Of a stretch of 42,601 nt of DNA, positions 40,745 through 42,601 are shown piece by piece. How positions within the stretch are numbered: the first letter of the stretch is position 1; every line of letters starts with the position of its first letter. A program made the translations under genes and the position numbers. The stretch covers positions 1 through 42,601 of the forward strand of contig JAZDIV010000027.1 of the NCBI GenBank assembly GCA_043804695.1. Reading direction: 5' to 3'. Under the pieces are notes generated by a model, which saw only the letters and a list, made by a program, of their open reading frames with translations, ran no database searches and had not been told where the DNA came from. Source of the stretch: PVC group bacterium (lineage in GTDB: Bacteria; Auribacterota; Erginobacteria; Erginobacterales; Erginobacteraceae).

Positions 40745-42601
40745 ATGAAATTTTTATACCTGACCGCACTAACAACAGTATCACTTTTTCTTATCGCTAT
40801 CCCCACCTTCGGCCAGTCCTTCCATCCCCTGGACGCCCCGGCCATCAACTTCCAGGGCCGGATCGAGGTGGGCGATATCGGCTACAGCGGGTGGTCAAAG
40901 TTTACATTCACGATCGGCAATGAGAACATGTCGGAAGTTTACTGGGGTTCCTGGGCGGCAACGACCTGCGTGGAGGGGATCTACAATATCATCCTGGGCC
41001 GGGATACCGAGGAAGACCTCACCGACGCCGTCTTCAATCACCAGGACTCCTACTATCTCCGGGTCGGCTTTTCCACCGACGGGACGAACTTCGAGACACT
41101 TCAGCCCGATCAGGAGATCGTCACCGTCCCCTTCGCCGTCAACGCCGACCGCCTGGACGGCCTGGACAGTCCCGGCAGCGCCTTCGTAGGACTGACCGAC
41201 ACCCAGACACTGACCAACAAAACTCTGGGAACGGGGACCACCACCTCTTACTTCATCGTCGCGCCTTCCACCGCCCCCGCCACCGGCAACAGCACGGGCG
41301 CTTTCTGGTACGACTTGAGCGAAGACGTGATGAAGTATTACAATGGAACCTCCTGGGTCGAAATCAGTTCGGGCGCGTCAATCCCGGCCGGACTGGTAGA
41401 AGGTCAGGTGCTGCGTTGGGACTCTCTCACCACCGAGTGGATAGCCACCACCGATCTGGTGATCGACGATAACGGAAACGTGGGGATCGGCACGGCCGAC
41501 CCCTCCGCCACGCTCGACATCGTGGGCCAGACCGACCTGGTCGAGATTACCGGGGCCGGGGGGGTGGTCGGCAGGTGGTCGGGAGACACCAGCGGGGGTG
41601 GAGGGATCTTCGTCTTCCGAAACGGCGCACCCGTTGCCATGATCGGGTCGAATGAGGTCGGCGGGGGATTATCCGGCGGCGGCCTTTACGTGAACACCAC
41701 CGCGGTGGACTACCCCGGCATCGTACTGGGAAACATGGACACTTGGCCCCAGACCGTTTACTTCGGGATATCCCCTGATTCGGTAAAGATCGGCAATTCG
41801 GGCGGCGGGGGACAGTCCGGTCCGATCCGGGCTCCCAACCTGTCCATTTACTCCGCGGAGTACGACGGCAGTCAGCAGAAAAGGGCCTGGTGGATTGGCC
41901 AGGGCGACAACTACACCCTGGGCGGAAACGACAACGCCAACATGACCGACGCGCCGGACCTTGTCCTGACCGCCGGGTCCGGCAGCGGAGGGGACATCGT
42001 GACCAGGGACCCGGGCGATGACCACACCACCTTCAAGGTGGACGGCTCCGACGGCATCATGTACGTCTACGGCTCGGCCGGGATCGGGGACGAGACACCC
42101 GACCACACGCTCGACGTGGCCGGCAATATCGGCCTTGACACCGGCTACTATATCAACTGGGGGAACACCGACGGCATCAACGGCTACGGCTTCCGGGACA
42201 ACGCCGGCGTCATTAATTATAAAAACCAAGCCGGGGTCTGGACCTCTTTTACCTCCCTGGCGGGGGGAAGCGGCACCGTGATCGGGACCGGGGCGTCACC
42301 TCAGGTAGCCTACTGGACCCAGAGTTCGGAGATCGACGGTGATGCCGGGATGACCTACGATGCCGCCGGTGATCGACTGACCGCCGTCAACGCGACCTTC
42401 ACCACCCTGAGCGCGGCCGTTGTTGATATCGATGACGGGACCATCTATGGCGTGGTCATCAACGACTCGACAATCGGGCTGGGCACCGCCGCCGCGGGGG
42501 CCTTCACCAACCTGAGCGCGGCCGTTGTTGATATCGATGACGGGACCATCTGGAACGTGGAAATCGACGACTCGCCCATCGGGCTGCACACCGCCGCCGC
42601 G
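40745..42601 (+). CDS. Large secreted fibre/adhesin-like surface protein (5' part, runs off the window)
   Basis: Not in the ORF track because there is no stop. GAGGAGG RBS and a signal peptide MKFLYLTALTTVSLFLIAIPTFG. INFQGR...VPFAVNADRLDG, TQTLTNKT, YYNGTSW and GNVGIGTADPSATLDI motifs are typical of tail-fibre-like trimeric surface proteins. Confidence 0.8.
   Translation, partial: MKFLYLTALTTVSLFLIAIPTFGQSFHPLDAPAINFQGRIEVGDIGYSGWSKFTFTIGNENMSEVYWGSWAATTCVEGIYNIILGRDTEEDLTDAVFNHQDSYYLRVGFSTDGTNFETLQPDQEIVTVPFAVNADRLDGLDSPGSAFVGLTDTQTLTNKTLGTGTTTSYFIVAPSTAPATGNSTGAFWYDLSEDVMKYYNGTSWVEISSGASIPAGLVEGQVLRWDSLTTEWIATTDLVIDDNGNVGIGTADPSATLDIVGQTDLVEITGAGGVVGRWSGDTSGGGGIFVFRNGAPVAMIGSNEVGGGLSGGGLYVNTTAVDYPGIVLGNMDTWPQTVYFGISPDSVKIGNSGGGGQSGPIRAPNLSIYSAEYDGSQQKRAWWIGQGDNYTLGGNDNANMTDAPDLVLTAGSGSGGDIVTRDPGDDHTTFKVDGSDGIMYVYGSAGIGDETPDHTLDVAGNIGLDTGYYINWGNTDGINGYGFRDNAGVINYKNQAGVWTSFTSLAGGSGTVIGTGASPQVAYWTQSSEIDGDAGMTYDAAGDRLTAVNATFTTLSAAVVDIDDGTIYGVVINDSTIGLGTAAAGAFTNLSAAVVDIDDGTIWNVEIDDSPIGLHTAAA
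42396..42601 (+). repeat. 105-bp (35-aa) tandem coding repeat
   Basis: FT(T/N)LSAAVVDIDDGTI..V.I.DS.IGL.TAAA repeats at 42396 and 42501. Confidence 0.85.

Noticed and set aside
40745..42601. Prophage tail gene
   Set aside because: It has a Sec-type signal peptide and its own promoters, and there are no other phage genes in the window.

Overview
GC-rich bacterial surface-glycosylation locus in two divergent arms. The left arm (1-20847, minus strand) encodes nucleotide-sugar and tailoring enzymes: a GHMP heptose-type kinase, an NTP-transferase/GmhB fusion, two SDR epimerases, three DegT aminotransferases, five radical SAM enzymes, a split transketolase, a GT2 and a YfhO-like GT-C. The right arm (21226-42601, mostly plus strand) encodes five more GT-C-type membrane proteins, an epimerase, an HldE-like enzyme with reversed domain order, an SGNH/TPR protein, a discoidin-domain protein, an AbiEi/AbiEii toxin-antitoxin pair, a decayed VapBC-type pair and the 5' part of a large secreted fibre-like protein behind a sigma54-type promoter. 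The most unusual signal is non-coding. (i) A small GIY-YIG nuclease gene is enclosed by mirror-image arrays of a GTCATTGCGA...GAAGCAATCT palindromic repeat, which also occurs as five dispersed dimers. (ii) A four-helix-bundle (23S rRNA IVS-protein family) gene is enclosed by inverted 7-mer arrays, and gene-less copies of the same architecture occur elsewhere, one in-frame in a CDS. (iii) Several other REP/MITE families are present, some translated as loops of membrane glycosyltransferases. All calls come from reading motifs by eye. No database searches were run and the host taxon cannot be assigned.
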